This document shows, in pieces, positions 1 to 10,557 of a DNA stretch of 64,000 bases. Under the pieces are notes generated by a model that saw only the letters and a program-made list of their open reading frames with translations, was not told the DNA's origin and made no database searches. This DNA is from an uncultured Rickettsiales bacterium. GTDB lineage: Bacteria > Pseudomonadota > Alphaproteobacteria > Rickettsiales > CAZAGG01. Each line of letters begins with the position of its first letter. Positions within the stretch are counted from its first letter, which is position 1. The stretch is from assembly GCA_964484565.1 (NCBI GenBank), contig CAZAGG010000001.1, positions 25,066 to 89,065 of the forward strand, read 5' to 3'. A program made the translations under genes and the position numbers.

Positions 1-1
1 T

Positions 2-490
2 CTTAAAGAGAAAACTAAGTTTTATCTTATTCTAAGAACAAGCTGGGTTTATGACGATCATGGCAAAAACTTTGTTGATACCATGTTAAAACTTGGTGCA
101 GAGAATGAAGAAATCAAAGTGGTTAATGATCAGTTTGGTGCACCGTCATACGCGCCACATCTTGCATCCGCTGCTGAATATGCAACCGATTTTGTAAGAA
201 CCCGATTCAATCAATCTGGAATATATAACCTTTGTAATGCAGGCGTTACAACTTGGTATGATTTTGCGGTAGCAATCTTTGACGAAGCAAGGAAATATGG
301 TATTCCACTTAAGGTTAAAAGGGTTATTCCTATCTCAACAAATGAATTTCCAAGACCTGCGAAGCGTCCTCTAAATTCAAGGTTAGATTCTTCAAAACTA
401 AAGAAAATCATGAAGATAGAATTAGAAGATTGGCAAGAAGGCCTTCGTCAGTATATGGAACACAGATCAGGCTGTAACCACCACCATTAG
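2..490 (+). CDS. rmlD: dTDP-4-dehydrorhamnose reductase, C-terminal part (5-prime end outside window)
   Basis: Frame is open from the window edge (LKEKTKFYLILRTSWVYDDHGKNFVDTMLKLG...VVNDQFGAPSY...). The RTSWVY and DQxGxP(S/T)Y stretches are typical of RmlD/RfbD. The listed ORF 83..490 is only the part after an internal Met. Confidence 0.8.
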   Translation, partial: LKEKTKFYLILRTSWVYDDHGKNFVDTMLKLGAENEEIKVVNDQFGAPSYAPHLASAAEYATDFVRTRFNQSGIYNLCNAGVTTWYDFAVAIFDEARKYGIPLKVKRVIPISTNEFPRPAKRPLNSRLDSSKLKKIMKIELEDWQEGLRQYMEHRSGCNHHH

Positions 491-495
491 ACTTC

Positions 496-1143
496 TTATG
501 TAGTTACTTCAGCTTGTTTGATGCTATTGATTAATTCAGTCACGGCATATTTAGAGCCTTTTTCGTGATTCCAAACGGCTGTGACAACTGCGATGAAGTC
601 TGCTTTTGCCTTAACGAGTGGTGCGAGGTTGTGAGCCTTGATTCCACCAATTGCAACACTTGGAAGAACGGTATACTCTCTCCACCAGCTTAGAATTTCC
701 GGCTCTGGTCTGCCTCGCGGAGTTTTGGTTTGGGTGTCATAAAATGCACCAAATGCAACGTAATCTGCACCTGCTTCACCTGCATCAAATGCAAGGTCTC
801 GGCTTGCGTAACAACTAGCTCCGATTACGACATCTTCGCCTAAAAGTTTTCTTGCATCTTTGATTGGCATATCATCAATGCCTAAGTGAACGCCGTCTAC
901 ACCAATATTTGCTGCAACTGAGATGTAATCATTGAGAATAAAAACGGCACCATTATCGCGGGCTATTGGCATTATAGCCTTTGCATATTCTTCAACTTCA
1001 TTTTCAGAAAGGTTTTTAACCCTTAGTTGCAAGGCTGCGATGTATCCGCCGCTGAATGCATCTTTTAATTGCTTAGTAAAATCTGAGAGAACAAACTTCT
1101 CAGGAGTGATTAGATACAATTCGCATTGATTATTGGCATTCAT
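496..1143 (-). CDS. thiE: thiamine-phosphate synthase
   Basis: 215 aa with LYLITPE...LQLRVKN...GVHLG...IGGI, the ThiE TIM-barrel pattern. Its start overlaps the folC stop by 14 nt. Confidence 0.85.
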   Translation of the reverse strand: MNANNQCELYLITPEKFVLSDFTKQLKDAFSGGYIAALQLRVKNLSENEVEEYAKAIMPIARDNGAVFILNDYISVAANIGVDGVHLGIDDMPIKDARKLLGEDVVIGASCYASRDLAFDAGEAGADYVAFGAFYDTQTKTPRGRPEPEILSWWREYTVLPSVAIGGIKAHNLAPLVKAKADFIAVVTAVWNHEKGSKYAVTELINSIKQAEVTT

Positions 1144-2437
1144 TTAAGACTTCTCCCGCAAGGTATAGTGAGCCACATATTATAACATCTGCATTTTTGA
1201 TATTGTCGCTTGCTAAGGCAACGGCTGATTTAATGTTATTTGCAGTTTTTACATTTAAATTTATCTTTAGATTGATGGCAATTTCTTCTAGCTCTTCTTT
1301 GCGGTAACATTTGCTCTCGTTAGGTATATCAACCGCAATTAGCATTGAGATTTTCTTGGCAAGCTCTTTGATGAATGAGTTTGCATCTTTTCCTTTTAAC
1401 ATTCCGACTATTGCAATTGAACCATGAGAAATGTTTTCAGCAATAACTTTTGCAGCAGATTGATTATGGCCGCCATCAAGATATAATTTTGCTTTTCCAC
1501 AAAGTGGAGTTGCAAGTTTAGTATTTGATATGTCTTGCATTCTGGCCTTCCAGATAGCTGATTGAATTCCTGTTTTTATATGCTCAACAGATATATTTAG
1601 GTTATGAATTTCTCTTAACCTGCTTATGCAAGCAATTGCAGTTGCTGCATTTTGATATTGATGACCTCCATTAAGTGAGGGTAGGGGGATTTCCATCCGC
1701 AAACCATCTTTTCGCTTTTCGCTGTATAAGTTACCATCTAAAAACCATTGCTTAGAATGAAAAAACTTTGCCGCGTTAAGTTCATCGCATTTTCTATCTA
1801 TAACGCTAAGTGCTTCTTCACATTGCAAGCCAGAAATGCATTCAGCCCCAGCTTTTATGATTCCAGCTTTTTCAGAGGCTATTTTTTCTAGGGTATCTCC
1901 CAGAAACTCCATATGGTCGAAAGATATTGGCGTAATTGCAGTTAGCGAAGGGTTTTTTATAATGTTCGTTGCATCAAGCCTTCCGCCCATTCCGACTTCT
2001 AGCAAGGTAAAATCTGCCTGTGTTTGTGAAAATGCTATAAATGCAGCAGCGGTTGTAATTTCAAAGAATGTGACAGGCTGAATTCTTGCAACTTCTTTGC
2101 ATTTTTCAAGAATTGGAAGCAGATATTCATCTGCAATTTCTTTATCCTTAACAACTATTCTTTCATTAAACTTAACCAAATGCGGCGAGGTATAAACATG
2201 GGTGGACAAACCCGCTGCATTCAAAATTGATTTGATATAGGCAATCAGCGAGCCTTTTCCGTTGGTTCCTGCAACATGAATGACTCTTGGAATTCGCTCA
2301 TGGGGATTTCCAAGTAAATCCATAAACCTATACATACGAGATAGAGAAAGATCGATTTCCTTTAATTCAGGATGGTAAAACCCTGCCAGTAAGTCATTGA
2401 TTTTACTTGCTATGTGTTTTGACATAATCCATACCAA
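1130..2437 (-). CDS. folC: bifunctional folylpolyglutamate synthase / dihydrofolate synthase
   Basis: 435 aa with the Mur-ligase P-loop HVAGTNGKGS and a FolC-like body. An alternative start at Met5 (2425) is possible. It overlaps the folP 3-prime end. Confidence 0.9.
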   Translation of the reverse strand: MVWIMSKHIASKINDLLAGFYHPELKEIDLSLSRMYRFMDLLGNPHERIPRVIHVAGTNGKGSLIAYIKSILNAAGLSTHVYTSPHLVKFNERIVVKDKEIADEYLLPILEKCKEVARIQPVTFFEITTAAAFIAFSQTQADFTLLEVGMGGRLDATNIIKNPSLTAITPISFDHMEFLGDTLEKIASEKAGIIKAGAECISGLQCEEALSVIDRKCDELNAAKFFHSKQWFLDGNLYSEKRKDGLRMEIPLPSLNGGHQYQNAATAIACISRLREIHNLNISVEHIKTGIQSAIWKARMQDISNTKLATPLCGKAKLYLDGGHNQSAAKVIAENISHGSIAIVGMLKGKDANSFIKELAKKISMLIAVDIPNESKCYRKEELEEIAINLKINLNVKTANNIKSAVALASDNIKNADVIICGSLYLAGEVLNECQ

Positions 2438-3216
2438 GTTTTAATGGCATTAAGATTGCCTTTAACATCATGCACTCTAAGATAGTCTATTTCTTCGTTT
2501 GCAAGATAAGCTGATATGACATGGCTCTCAGCATCTCGTGATTTCGCATCGATATTGCCAGATAATTCTTTGATGAAAGATTTTCTGGAATGCCCTAGCA
2601 TAGTTTTAATTTGAGCATGTTTTAGTTGAGAGGCCTTTTTAATTATCTCAACGGATTGTGCTGAACTTTTGCCAAAGCCAATGCCTGCGTCGAATATTAT
2701 TCTATCGCTTTTAATTCCAAGCTGATTTAACTCAAGGGTTTTATCATCACGCCACTTAATAAGATATTGAATTATATCATTACAATCCACATATTCGCCA
2801 ATTTTCACTGGAATGCTGAGGCTGTGCTGCAAAACATAATGAACCGCTGGATTTTCAGCAATAATTGAGAGCAGCTCTTTATCTTTACCGCCACTTACAT
2901 CGTTGATTATATTGGCTCCATGCTTTATTGCGAGTTTTGCCGTTGCAGCATTTCTGGTATCGATGCTTAGTAACTTTCCTCTTTTGATGCAGATAGAAGA
3001 AGCTAAATCGATGCATTTTTCTAGTCTCAGCCACTCTTCTTGAACTGAAATAGCCACCGCATTTGGCCTAGTAGATTCCGCGCCAAGCTCTATTACATCT
3101 GCGCCTTCACCTATTAACTTTTCTATCGATTCTTCGGAATGAACAATTGTTCCACCATCTGAAAAAGAATCAGGTGTTAAGTTTACCACCCCAACAATCT
3201 TAGGAAATGTCATCAA
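2410..3216 (-). CDS. folP: dihydropteroate synthase
   Basis: 268 aa with GVVNLTPDSFSDGG near the N-terminus, DIGAESTRP-like ELGAESTRP, and DAGIGFGK: the pterin-binding DHPS signature. Confidence 0.9.
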   Translation of the reverse strand: MMTFPKIVGVVNLTPDSFSDGGTIVHSEESIEKLIGEGADVIELGAESTRPNAVAISVQEEWLRLEKCIDLASSICIKRGKLLSIDTRNAATAKLAIKHGANIINDVSGGKDKELLSIIAENPAVHYVLQHSLSIPVKIGEYVDCNDIIQYLIKWRDDKTLELNQLGIKSDRIIFDAGIGFGKSSAQSVEIIKKASQLKHAQIKTMLGHSRKSFIKELSGNIDAKSRDAESHVISAYLANEEIDYLRVHDVKGNLNAIKTWYGLCQNT

Positions 3217-3220
3217 ATAT

Positions 3221-3754
3221 CTAAAACTTTCTAAAAATCACGGTATTAGAAATATCTTTTGTCTTTACAAGTTCTGCGATTTGCTTTGCACTATATTTTT
3301 CATGAAATGGATTTTCAAGTATAAGTTCTGGCTCAATTTCTGCAAGAGGAAGCATCACAAAGGCGCGCTCAAAAAGTCTGGCGTGAGGTATTATTAGTTC
3401 GCTCTCCGTAACAATATTATCTTTATATATCAATATGTCTATGTCAATTTCACGGGGTGCCCATGTCCCCCTATCTTTTCTTCCAATTTCAAGTTCCAGA
3501 TTCTTGATTGCCTGAAGAAGTAAATGCGGTGAAAGATTAGTATATCCCGAAATTGCGGCATTTAGATAGGGCATTGACTGCCACTTACTGGGTGAATTAG
3601 GAAGCGTAACTGCATCAGAAATATATAAAGATGAGGTTTTATAAATTTCACTAAAAATATTGTTTTCTAAAATTAGGTTGATAGCAGAATTTATAAAACT
3701 TTCTCTATCGCCATAATTTGAGCCAAGTCCAAGAATGACTCTATCAAATTTCAT
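3221..3754 (-). CDS. folK: 2-amino-4-hydroxy-6-hydroxymethyldihydropteridine diphosphokinase
   Basis: 177 aa with LGLGSN.GDR, REIDIDIL and IPHARLFERAFVMLPL, the classic HPPK motifs. It overlaps the hslO stop by 4 nt. Confidence 0.85.
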   Translation of the reverse strand: MKFDRVILGLGSNYGDRESFINSAINLILENNIFSEIYKTSSLYISDAVTLPNSPSKWQSMPYLNAAISGYTNLSPHLLLQAIKNLELEIGRKDRGTWAPREIDIDILIYKDNIVTESELIIPHARLFERAFVMLPLAEIEPELILENPFHEKYSAKQIAELVKTKDISNTVIFRKF

Positions 3755-4698
3755 GAAAAGATTTCAGCTTTATTGCAAAACTGGCATGTAACGGTAATCT
3801 TGCCATCAACTTTCATATCTTCAATGTCTTGCTCTGGCATTGAATCCAGAATTCCTTGTATCTTTTCTCTTGAACATCTGCAACCAAATGAGACTTTTTT
3901 CTCATCGAACACCCAAACCCCATCTTCATGAAAAAGTCGATATGCAAGCTGCTTAGGTTCAATATTATTGCTGGTTAATTCATCGCTTGTAACTGTATCG
4001 ATATATAGCTTAAGTCTTGTCCAGTCATCGTCATCTTTCTGGCTATCATATCTGTTATTAGCTTTTTGGTTATCGCCATTCGTTCCGCCCTCTTCAGGCA
4101 TTCTTTCGAGCATTATGCCACCCGCTATCCATTTTTTGCCTGACTTTTTGACTGCAGTTTTAACAGTAACCTGAAGTTGCTCTGAGTTAATGAAGTATTG
4201 ATGAACGCAATCAGAAAAAGATTTGCCTGATAGTTCAACGATTCCTTGATATCTATCCATATTTGCACCAGGATCAAATGTAATAACCAGATAGCCTTTA
4301 CCGAGTAGGTTTTTAAAGGAAGGTTTTTTTCGAGATTTATTCGGAAAACTCTTTTCATATTCATCTTCTGAATATTCCGCATAGCCTCTAACATCGCCAG
4401 TTGAGGTGGAATCTGCAACCATCATTTTAATGATTCCATCAGATTTAAGTTGGATGGTTAGAATTCCATTTATCTTTAAATTTGCACCAAGTAATGATGA
4501 AATAGTTATCAATTCGCCAAGCAATTTTGAGATAGAATCAGGATAGTTATGACGCGATATAATGGTTGTGACGCTATCTTGTAGTCTTGCGATTCTGCCG
4601 CGCATAGATGTTTTGTCAACCATAAATGGCTGCACTATATCATTGTGCTTTTCCTTGCGGCGGCGTTCAGAATGTGGCTTAAAATCAATAACTGTCAT
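3751..4698 (-). CDS. hslO: redox-regulated chaperone Hsp33
   Basis: 315 aa with the C-terminal zinc centre CRCSREK...CQFCNK (CxC...CxxC) characteristic of Hsp33. It lies downstream of argF, as in many alphaproteobacteria. Confidence 0.9.
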   Translation of the reverse strand: MTVIDFKPHSERRRKEKHNDIVQPFMVDKTSMRGRIARLQDSVTTIISRHNYPDSISKLLGELITISSLLGANLKINGILTIQLKSDGIIKMMVADSTSTGDVRGYAEYSEDEYEKSFPNKSRKKPSFKNLLGKGYLVITFDPGANMDRYQGIVELSGKSFSDCVHQYFINSEQLQVTVKTAVKKSGKKWIAGGIMLERMPEEGGTNGDNQKANNRYDSQKDDDDWTRLKLYIDTVTSDELTSNNIEPKQLAYRLFHEDGVWVFDEKKVSFGCRCSREKIQGILDSMPEQDIEDMKVDGKITVTCQFCNKAEIFS

Positions 4699-4710
4699 AG
4701 CTATAAAAAA

Positions 4711-5616
4711 CTAATATTTCCCCAAACACCAGAGAATAATTGCCTTTTGGACATGCAGACGATTTTCAGCTTCATCTAATACCACTGACTGCGAACCATC
4801 TATAACTTCTGAAGTTACTTCTTCTCCTCTGTAAGCAGGAAGGCAGTGCATGAACAAAGCATCTTTTGCCGCAAATTTCATAACTTCTTCGCTTACTCTA
4901 TATCTCTGGAATGTACGCTTTTTTAGTTCTGGCTCTTCATCGCCCATTGATACCCAAGCATCTGTCATTACGCAATCAACTGAATCAACGGCGTCATAGG
5001 GATTATCAGTAACTTTAACATTTGCATTAAGCATATCTTGAGAAGGTTGATATTTCTTCGGACAGGCAATGTTAAGTTTGAAATCAAACTTTTCCGCAGC
5101 ATGAATCATTGAAGCAGAAACATTGTTTGCATCGCCAATCCACGCGAAGGTTTTACCTTTAATGCTTCCTCTATGTTCGATGTAAGTCATTACATCTGCC
5201 ATTACCTGACATGGGTGACTTTTATTTGTAAGCCCGTTTATCACAGGAACTGTAGCATTCTCTGCAAGTTCAACTAACGTTTCATGATACATCGAGCGCA
5301 ACATTATTATATCTAAATATCGAGATAAAACTTTTGCAGTATCCCCAATAGTTTCACCCCTACCAAGCTGTAAATCACTTCGGCTAAGATAAAGAGCATC
5401 TCCGCCAAGATGACGCATTCCAACCTCAAATGAAACACGAGTTCTGGTTGAATTTTTCTCGAATATCATTCCGAGTTGCTTGTTAGGCAAAAGATTGCTG
5501 TGATCTGTGCCAGACTTAAACTCTTTCTTCATTTTAAGAGCAAAGTCTATAATTCTTGAGAGTGTTTCTGCTTCCTGCAAATGCAGGTCTAAAAAATGTC
5601 TTAATTGATTTGGCAT
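4711..5616 (-). CDS. argF: ornithine carbamoyltransferase
   Basis: 301 aa with STRTRVSFE (carbamoyl-phosphate site), DAWVSMG and HCLPAYRGEE motifs. Confidence 0.9.
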   Translation of the reverse strand: MPNQLRHFLDLHLQEAETLSRIIDFALKMKKEFKSGTDHSNLLPNKQLGMIFEKNSTRTRVSFEVGMRHLGGDALYLSRSDLQLGRGETIGDTAKVLSRYLDIIMLRSMYHETLVELAENATVPVINGLTNKSHPCQVMADVMTYIEHRGSIKGKTFAWIGDANNVSASMIHAAEKFDFKLNIACPKKYQPSQDMLNANVKVTDNPYDAVDSVDCVMTDAWVSMGDEEPELKKRTFQRYRVSEEVMKFAAKDALFMHCLPAYRGEEVTSEVIDGSQSVVLDEAENRLHVQKAIILWCLGKY

Positions 5617-5645
5617 AATATCTTTATTTATAGTTTTTAAATCTC

Positions 5646-6599
5646 TTAACCGAACCGCAGCGAAATGAATCTTGGAGAAATTGGCCCTTTGTTCATTGCA
5701 TGAAGATATTTTGCATTGAACGCGGTTCTTTCAGTTCTATTGTCATATTCCCTGAGGAGATATGAAACAAGATCATACGAGTGATACATATCATGTAATA
5801 TCACGGCTGCTTTTAATAATTCTTCATTTGAATATAACTCAAGTCGAGAAAAGTCACGCACAAAAATTGAATCTGACCATAAAACCTGACTCATAGGAGT
5901 TGTATAATCTCTCAAAAAGGCAGGGTTTGTAATGTCTATCGGTTGATTTGGCTCTGAGCTCATATACATTGGGGCGAAGCACCTTCCAGCCATATCCACA
6001 AATTTGTGGAACAAAAAGCCTTGAGACTGCAAAAATAACTGAATATCGCCAAAAACAGGCTGATTTTCATACATTTTCAGAAATTCTGTTTCTATCTCAA
6101 TTACCAAAACGTTTTTTAAAACTTCTTTTGCATTTGATAATGCATCAAGTTCCGCACCTTGAATATCTATCTTAATATAATCTGGTTTAGGAAATTCGGA
6201 TGCAATGTCATCTAGGCGTTTTGTTTGAACTTTATGTTTTTCTTTTACGGCAAAGTTACCTTCTCCCGTAGTAGACATTGAGGTAAACAAATCAATGATT
6301 TGACTAGATGGCTCATAAATCGAGCAACAGCCAGGATAATAAGTTATTCTAAGTTCTGCAACGTTTCCATCACCAACAAAATATGGCATAAAAACACAGT
6401 CAAAGTCTTTGGTTTGTTCTTTTAGCTTATCAAGATAGTGCGTATTTGGCTCGAATGCAGTAACTCGGCAAAGTTTTTTTAGCATCATTTCCTGATATCT
6501 CGGCTTTCCATCAAGGGGAGAAGCCCCAATATCCATCACCTCAATTTTGGGAATCGCATCACCTAGAATTCTTTCTATTTCAAAACTGTCTTCGCCCAT
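5646..6599 (-). CDS. FkbM-family SAM-dependent methyltransferase
   Basis: 317 aa with DIGAS...FEPN...IKIDIQGAELDAL, matching the FkbM methyltransferase domain pattern. An extra C-terminal region of about 130 aa has unknown function. Confidence 0.7.
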   Translation of the reverse strand: MGEDSFEIERILGDAIPKIEVMDIGASPLDGKPRYQEMMLKKLCRVTAFEPNTHYLDKLKEQTKDFDCVFMPYFVGDGNVAELRITYYPGCCSIYEPSSQIIDLFTSMSTTGEGNFAVKEKHKVQTKRLDDIASEFPKPDYIKIDIQGAELDALSNAKEVLKNVLVIEIETEFLKMYENQPVFGDIQLFLQSQGFLFHKFVDMAGRCFAPMYMSSEPNQPIDITNPAFLRDYTTPMSQVLWSDSIFVRDFSRLELYSNEELLKAAVILHDMYHSYDLVSYLLREYDNRTERTAFNAKYLHAMNKGPISPRFISLRFG

Positions 6600-6630
6600 A
6601 AATCCAACCTTTGTTTATTCTTAATCGATT

Positions 6631-7167
6631 TTAGAATCTAACTTTTGTATTGGTATAATTGGGAACCCAGCCATCCATACCCGAAAAATATCTTACTGCT
6701 TTGGTTCGTCTCTTTTCGCTTAAATGAAACCAATGCTCTGCATTCTTGGGTACGTTGATAAACTCTCGAGCCTCAACAGTCAACTCTACCTGTGAATTGT
6801 CTGGCATTACAAAACCAAACACACCTTCGCCGTCAATAATATAGCGAACTTCATCATCATCATGAGTATGGCATGGTGTGAATTTCGCAAGCATTTCGTC
6901 AAGATTCGGAATTCCGTCGTGAATAACAATCAAATCTCTGCTTTGATAACCAAGCTCATTTTTAAGTTTTTCAAAATAGTGATCGAGCTTTACAAGAACT
7001 ATCTCTTTTTCGCTGTCGCTTAAAGAACTTTTAGAAAGAAGACCTTCTAGCTCGGCATCATTTCCAATATCCCAAAACGATAAAGTAACATTGATTTGCT
7101 CAAGATACTGATTAATCTTGCTAAGATCTGTGATTGTGCTTCCATCTTCAAACAAAAGTTTCGCCAA
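6631..7167 (-). CDS. mtnD: acireductone dioxygenase (ARD, cupin)
   Basis: 178 aa with HTHDDDEVRYIIDGEGVF...AEHWF, the cupin metal ligands in the ARD arrangement. It uses a TTG start preceded by a strong SD (GGGAGGG, read on the minus strand at 7171-7179). Confidence 0.75.
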   Translation of the reverse strand: MAKLLFEDGSTITDLSKINQYLEQINVTLSFWDIGNDAELEGLLSKSSLSDSEKEIVLVKLDHYFEKLKNELGYQSRDLIVIHDGIPNLDEMLAKFTPCHTHDDDEVRYIIDGEGVFGFVMPDNSQVELTVEAREFINVPKNAEHWFHLSEKRRTKAVRYFSGMDGWVPNYTNTKVRF

Positions 7168-7345
7168 TCAACCCTCCCTAATTTTCTTTTTAAGAAGGCA
7201 CTATATATCGCAAAGCTATTCTATCTCAATAAAATTATTCACTGCCAGAATATGATTAAGTCATTATAATTAATTCATGAATTTTTTATGAATCTATTAT
7301 TTTATAAATCTCAAGATTGCCTGTAAAGCTAATTAGCCGATAACC

Positions 7346-8416
7346 CTAAATCTCGGTGATGTCGGCGAGTTTGGCAGCATTATCTTCTGTAATGAGATTG
7401 TCGATTATTTCGTCAATGTCGCCATTGATAAACTCTGGAAGTTGGTAAAGTGTTACGTTGATTCTATGATCGGTAACTCTGCCTTGAGGGAAGTTGTAGG
7501 TTCTGATGCGTTCAGATCTATCACCTGATCCTACTTGGTTTTTGCGATCTTCGGCTCTGGCATTGTCTTTGGCCAAGCGTTCCATCTCGTAAAGTCTTGC
7601 TCTAAGAACTTTCAAGGCTTTTGCCTTATTTTTATGCTGTGATTTTTCATCTTGTTGTGTGACGATTAACCCCGTTGGAAGGTGGACAATTCTAACGGCA
7701 CTATCTGTTGTATTAACGTGTTGGCCACCTGCACCAGATGAGCGATAAACGTCTATTCTAAGGTCTTTGTCTTCAATTTTAATATCAACTTCCTCTGCCT
7801 CTGGAAGCACTGCAACTGTTGCTGCTGATGTGTGAATTCTTCCACTGGATTCGGTTGTTGGAACGCGCTGCACCCTATGAACTCCAGATTCATATTTGAG
7901 TCTTGCAAAAACGCCATTGCCCGTAATGTTTGCCGATGCCTCTTTGTATCCACCAATTCCAATTTCAGATATATCCATTATCTCGAAACGCCAGCCCTTC
8001 TTTTCGCTATATCGTTGATACATTCTAAAAAGATCGGCAGCAAATAATGCTGCTTCGTCACCGCCAGTTCCAGCTCTAACTTCTATGATAACGTTTTTAT
8101 CGTCATCGGCATCTTTTGGAATCAGCGCGAGCAGAAGATTTTTTTCAATATCAGGAAGTTTTTCCTCAAGCGAGATAAGCTCTTCCTGAGCTAGCTCTTT
8201 CATATCAGGATCTGCAAGCATTTCCTGAGAAGATTTTATATCGCTTATGGTTTGATTATATGAATTAATTCGTTCCACAATTGTTTCTAAATCGGAATAT
8301 TCCTTTGAAGCCTTTGCAAACTCATCCGCTGAGAGATTTGGGCTTGCAAGCATATCTTGCAGCTCTTTATGTCGATTTGTAATTGCGTCGAGTTTATCTT
8401 TAAGTTTGTCTAACAT
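7346..8416 (-). CDS. prfA: peptide chain release factor 1
   Basis: GGQ motif ([16 protein letters not shown]) and RF1-type tripeptide region [17 protein letters not shown]. The start was moved to Met50 of the listed ORF (ATG at 8416). The longer form is hydrophobic junk and overlaps glyS on the opposite strand. Confidence 0.9.
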   Translation of the reverse strand: MLDKLKDKLDAITNRHKELQDMLASPNLSADEFAKASKEYSDLETIVERINSYNQTISDIKSSQEMLADPDMKELAQEELISLEEKLPDIEKNLLLALIPKDADDDKNVIIEVRAGTGGDEAALFAADLFRMYQRYSEKKGWRFEIMDISEIGIGGYKEASANITGNGVFARLKYESGVHRVQRVPTTESSGRIHTSAATVAVLPEAEEVDIKIEDKDLRIDVYRSSGAGGQHVNTTDSAVRIVHLPTGLIVTQQDEKSQHKNKAKALKVLRARLYEMERLAKDNARAEDRKNQVGSGDRSERIRTYNFPQGRVTDHRINVTLYQLPEFINGDIDEIIDNLITEDNAAKLADITEI

Positions 8417-8490
8417 TTGCGCTCTTGAACTTGAATATTCCTTGTGCCATATATGTGGCGAATTGAACTTATATTGACTGAAAAGAAAAC

Positions 8491-10494
8491 ATGCAAGATT
8501 TACTAATTGAATTATATTCAGAAGAAATACCAGCGGGGCTGCAAAAGGCGGCGGCAGAATCAATTTGTGAATCTATAATCAAGAAGTTATCAGAGCAAAA
8601 GCTATCGCATGGCAAGAGCGAAGTCTTTTATTCTCCGCAGAGAATTGCGCTTATTATCAAGGATATTCCTGAAAATCAACCAGATGTAACAATAGAACGC
8701 AAAGGCCCAAGAACTAATGCTCCTGCGCAAGCTATAGAAGGGTTTTTGAAGTCAACAGGTTTAAGCCTAGCTGAGCTTACCGTTGAGGGAGATACATATT
8801 TCGCAAAGATTGAACAAAAAGGACGTGATTCAAAGTTGGTTCTTGCAGAAATAGCAAACTCGGCGATTGCAGGTTATACATGGCCTAAATCAATGCGTTG
8901 GGGGGAATATGAAGTTCGCTGGGTTAGGCCGTTACACTCGATTATTGCAATATATGGAACACAGATTTTAGATGTCTCTTATGGCCATATAAAGGCTTCA
9001 AATCACACCGTTGGGCATAGGTTTATGAGTGCAAATAGCATTACTATAAATCATGCTTCTGAGTATGTCGAAAAACTGCTCGCAAATAAAGTTATTGTAA
9101 ATCAAAATGACAGAAAGAATGTAATATCAAAGCAAATTGCAGACATATGCAAAGAAAATAATGTAACTCTCCGTGAAGATGCTAATCTGCTTGATGAGAT
9201 AAATAATCTCGTTGAATATCCCGTTGCTATTATTGGTCGCATTCATAACGATTTCATGGCCTTACCAGAAGAAGTTTTAATGACAGTTATGAAAAACCAT
9301 CAGCGTTATCTGAGCGTTAGCGATAAGAGTGGCAAGATGGCTCCATATTTCATTACCGTGTCAAATGTGAAAACGGCTGACAATCAGCAGGCGATTATTC
9401 AGGGTAACGAGCGTGTAATTCGCGCTCGCCTGTGGGATGCTAAATTCTTTTGGGAAAGTGATATTAAAACGCCACTTATGGATAATCTATCTAAGCTAGA
9501 TAACATAGTTTATCACGCCAAATTGGGCAGTGTAGGGGAGAAGGTAAATCGCATCGTTTTTCTTGCAATTGCACTATGTAAAGTTACTGGATGTGATGTT
9601 ATGACGGCAGAAAAAGCGGCACTTTTAGCAAAGACTGATCTTGTTTCTGGAATGGTTGGAGAGTTCGGAGAACTGCAAGGTATAATGGGCGGATATTATG
9701 CAAAAGCGCAAGGCGAATCAGATGATATTGCTATAGCAATAAAGGAGCATTATAAACCACAGGGTGCGAATGACGATGTTCCCACAAATAAAGTTAGTGT
9801 AACTATTGCTCTTGCTGATAAAATTGATTCTCTAGTATCACTTTGGAGCGTTGGCGAAAAGCCAACTGGCTCAAGAGATCCATTTGCTCTAAGACGTTCT
9901 GCAATTGCTATTATAAGGCTAATCATAACTAATAAACTATCATTTAATTTACGCGAGTTTTTAGCCGCCGAACCTTCTATTGTAAACGAGATAGAAGGCT
10001 TCATGATAGATAGGCTAAAAGTTATCTTAAAGGATATGGAAATTAGACATGATTACATAGATTCAGTAATTGGAAGTAACAAGCAATCTATTGATATATA
10101 TGACATATACACCAGAGCTAATGCTCTTAAAGAATTCTTGAAAACAGATGAAGGGATAAATCTTTTATCAGCATATAAACGTGCAGATAACATTTCAGCA
10201 GAGCATAAGGAATTTCAGGCAATAGATGTGAAGATTTGTAATGATACTCATGAAAAAGAATTAGCTAAGGCCATTGAAGAACTGCAAATTAGTGTAGATG
10301 AGCATCTTAAAAAGCGAAATTATATTGCAGCAATGCAAGAGCTATCAAAGGTTCATAAACCACTTGAAAGTTTCTTTAACAACGTGATGGTCAATTCTGA
10401 TGATATGGCAGTTAGAAATAACCGACTATCAATTCTAAAAGCAGCGGTAAATCTTACAAATGTGATTGCTGATTTTAGATTCATAGAAAGTTGA
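8491..10494 (+). CDS. glyS: glycine--tRNA ligase beta subunit
   Basis: 667 aa. The N-terminus [16 protein letters not shown] is typical of GlyS, and the length and anticodon-binding C-terminal region are consistent. Confidence 0.9.
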   Translation: MQDLLIELYSEEIPAGLQKAAAESICESIIKKLSEQKLSHGKSEVFYSPQRIALIIKDIPENQPDVTIERKGPRTNAPAQAIEGFLKSTGLSLAELTVEGDTYFAKIEQKGRDSKLVLAEIANSAIAGYTWPKSMRWGEYEVRWVRPLHSIIAIYGTQILDVSYGHIKASNHTVGHRFMSANSITINHASEYVEKLLANKVIVNQNDRKNVISKQIADICKENNVTLREDANLLDEINNLVEYPVAIIGRIHNDFMALPEEVLMTVMKNHQRYLSVSDKSGKMAPYFITVSNVKTADNQQAIIQGNERVIRARLWDAKFFWESDIKTPLMDNLSKLDNIVYHAKLGSVGEKVNRIVFLAIALCKVTGCDVMTAEKAALLAKTDLVSGMVGEFGELQGIMGGYYAKAQGESDDIAIAIKEHYKPQGANDDVPTNKVSVTIALADKIDSLVSLWSVGEKPTGSRDPFALRRSAIAIIRLIITNKLSFNLREFLAAEPSIVNEIEGFMIDRLKVILKDMEIRHDYIDSVIGSNKQSIDIYDIYTRANALKEFLKTDEGINLLSAYKRADNISAEHKEFQAIDVKICNDTHEKELAKAIEELQISVDEHLKKRNYIAAMQELSKVHKPLESFFNNVMVNSDDMAVRNNRLSILKAAVNLTNVIADFRFIES

Positions 10495-10557
10495 ACTAAT
10501 TTTTAACACTTCTTTGTTATTGCTATAATGTTAACTTTGTAAACCACAGGTTGTGTT

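Noticed and set aside
8417-8563. 49-codon N-terminal extension of the prfA ORF ([15 protein letters not shown]...)
   Set aside because: It is hydrophobic, unlike any RF1 N-terminus, and it overlaps the glyS start on the opposite strand. Met50 gives a normal RF1 N-terminus (MLDKLKDKL...).
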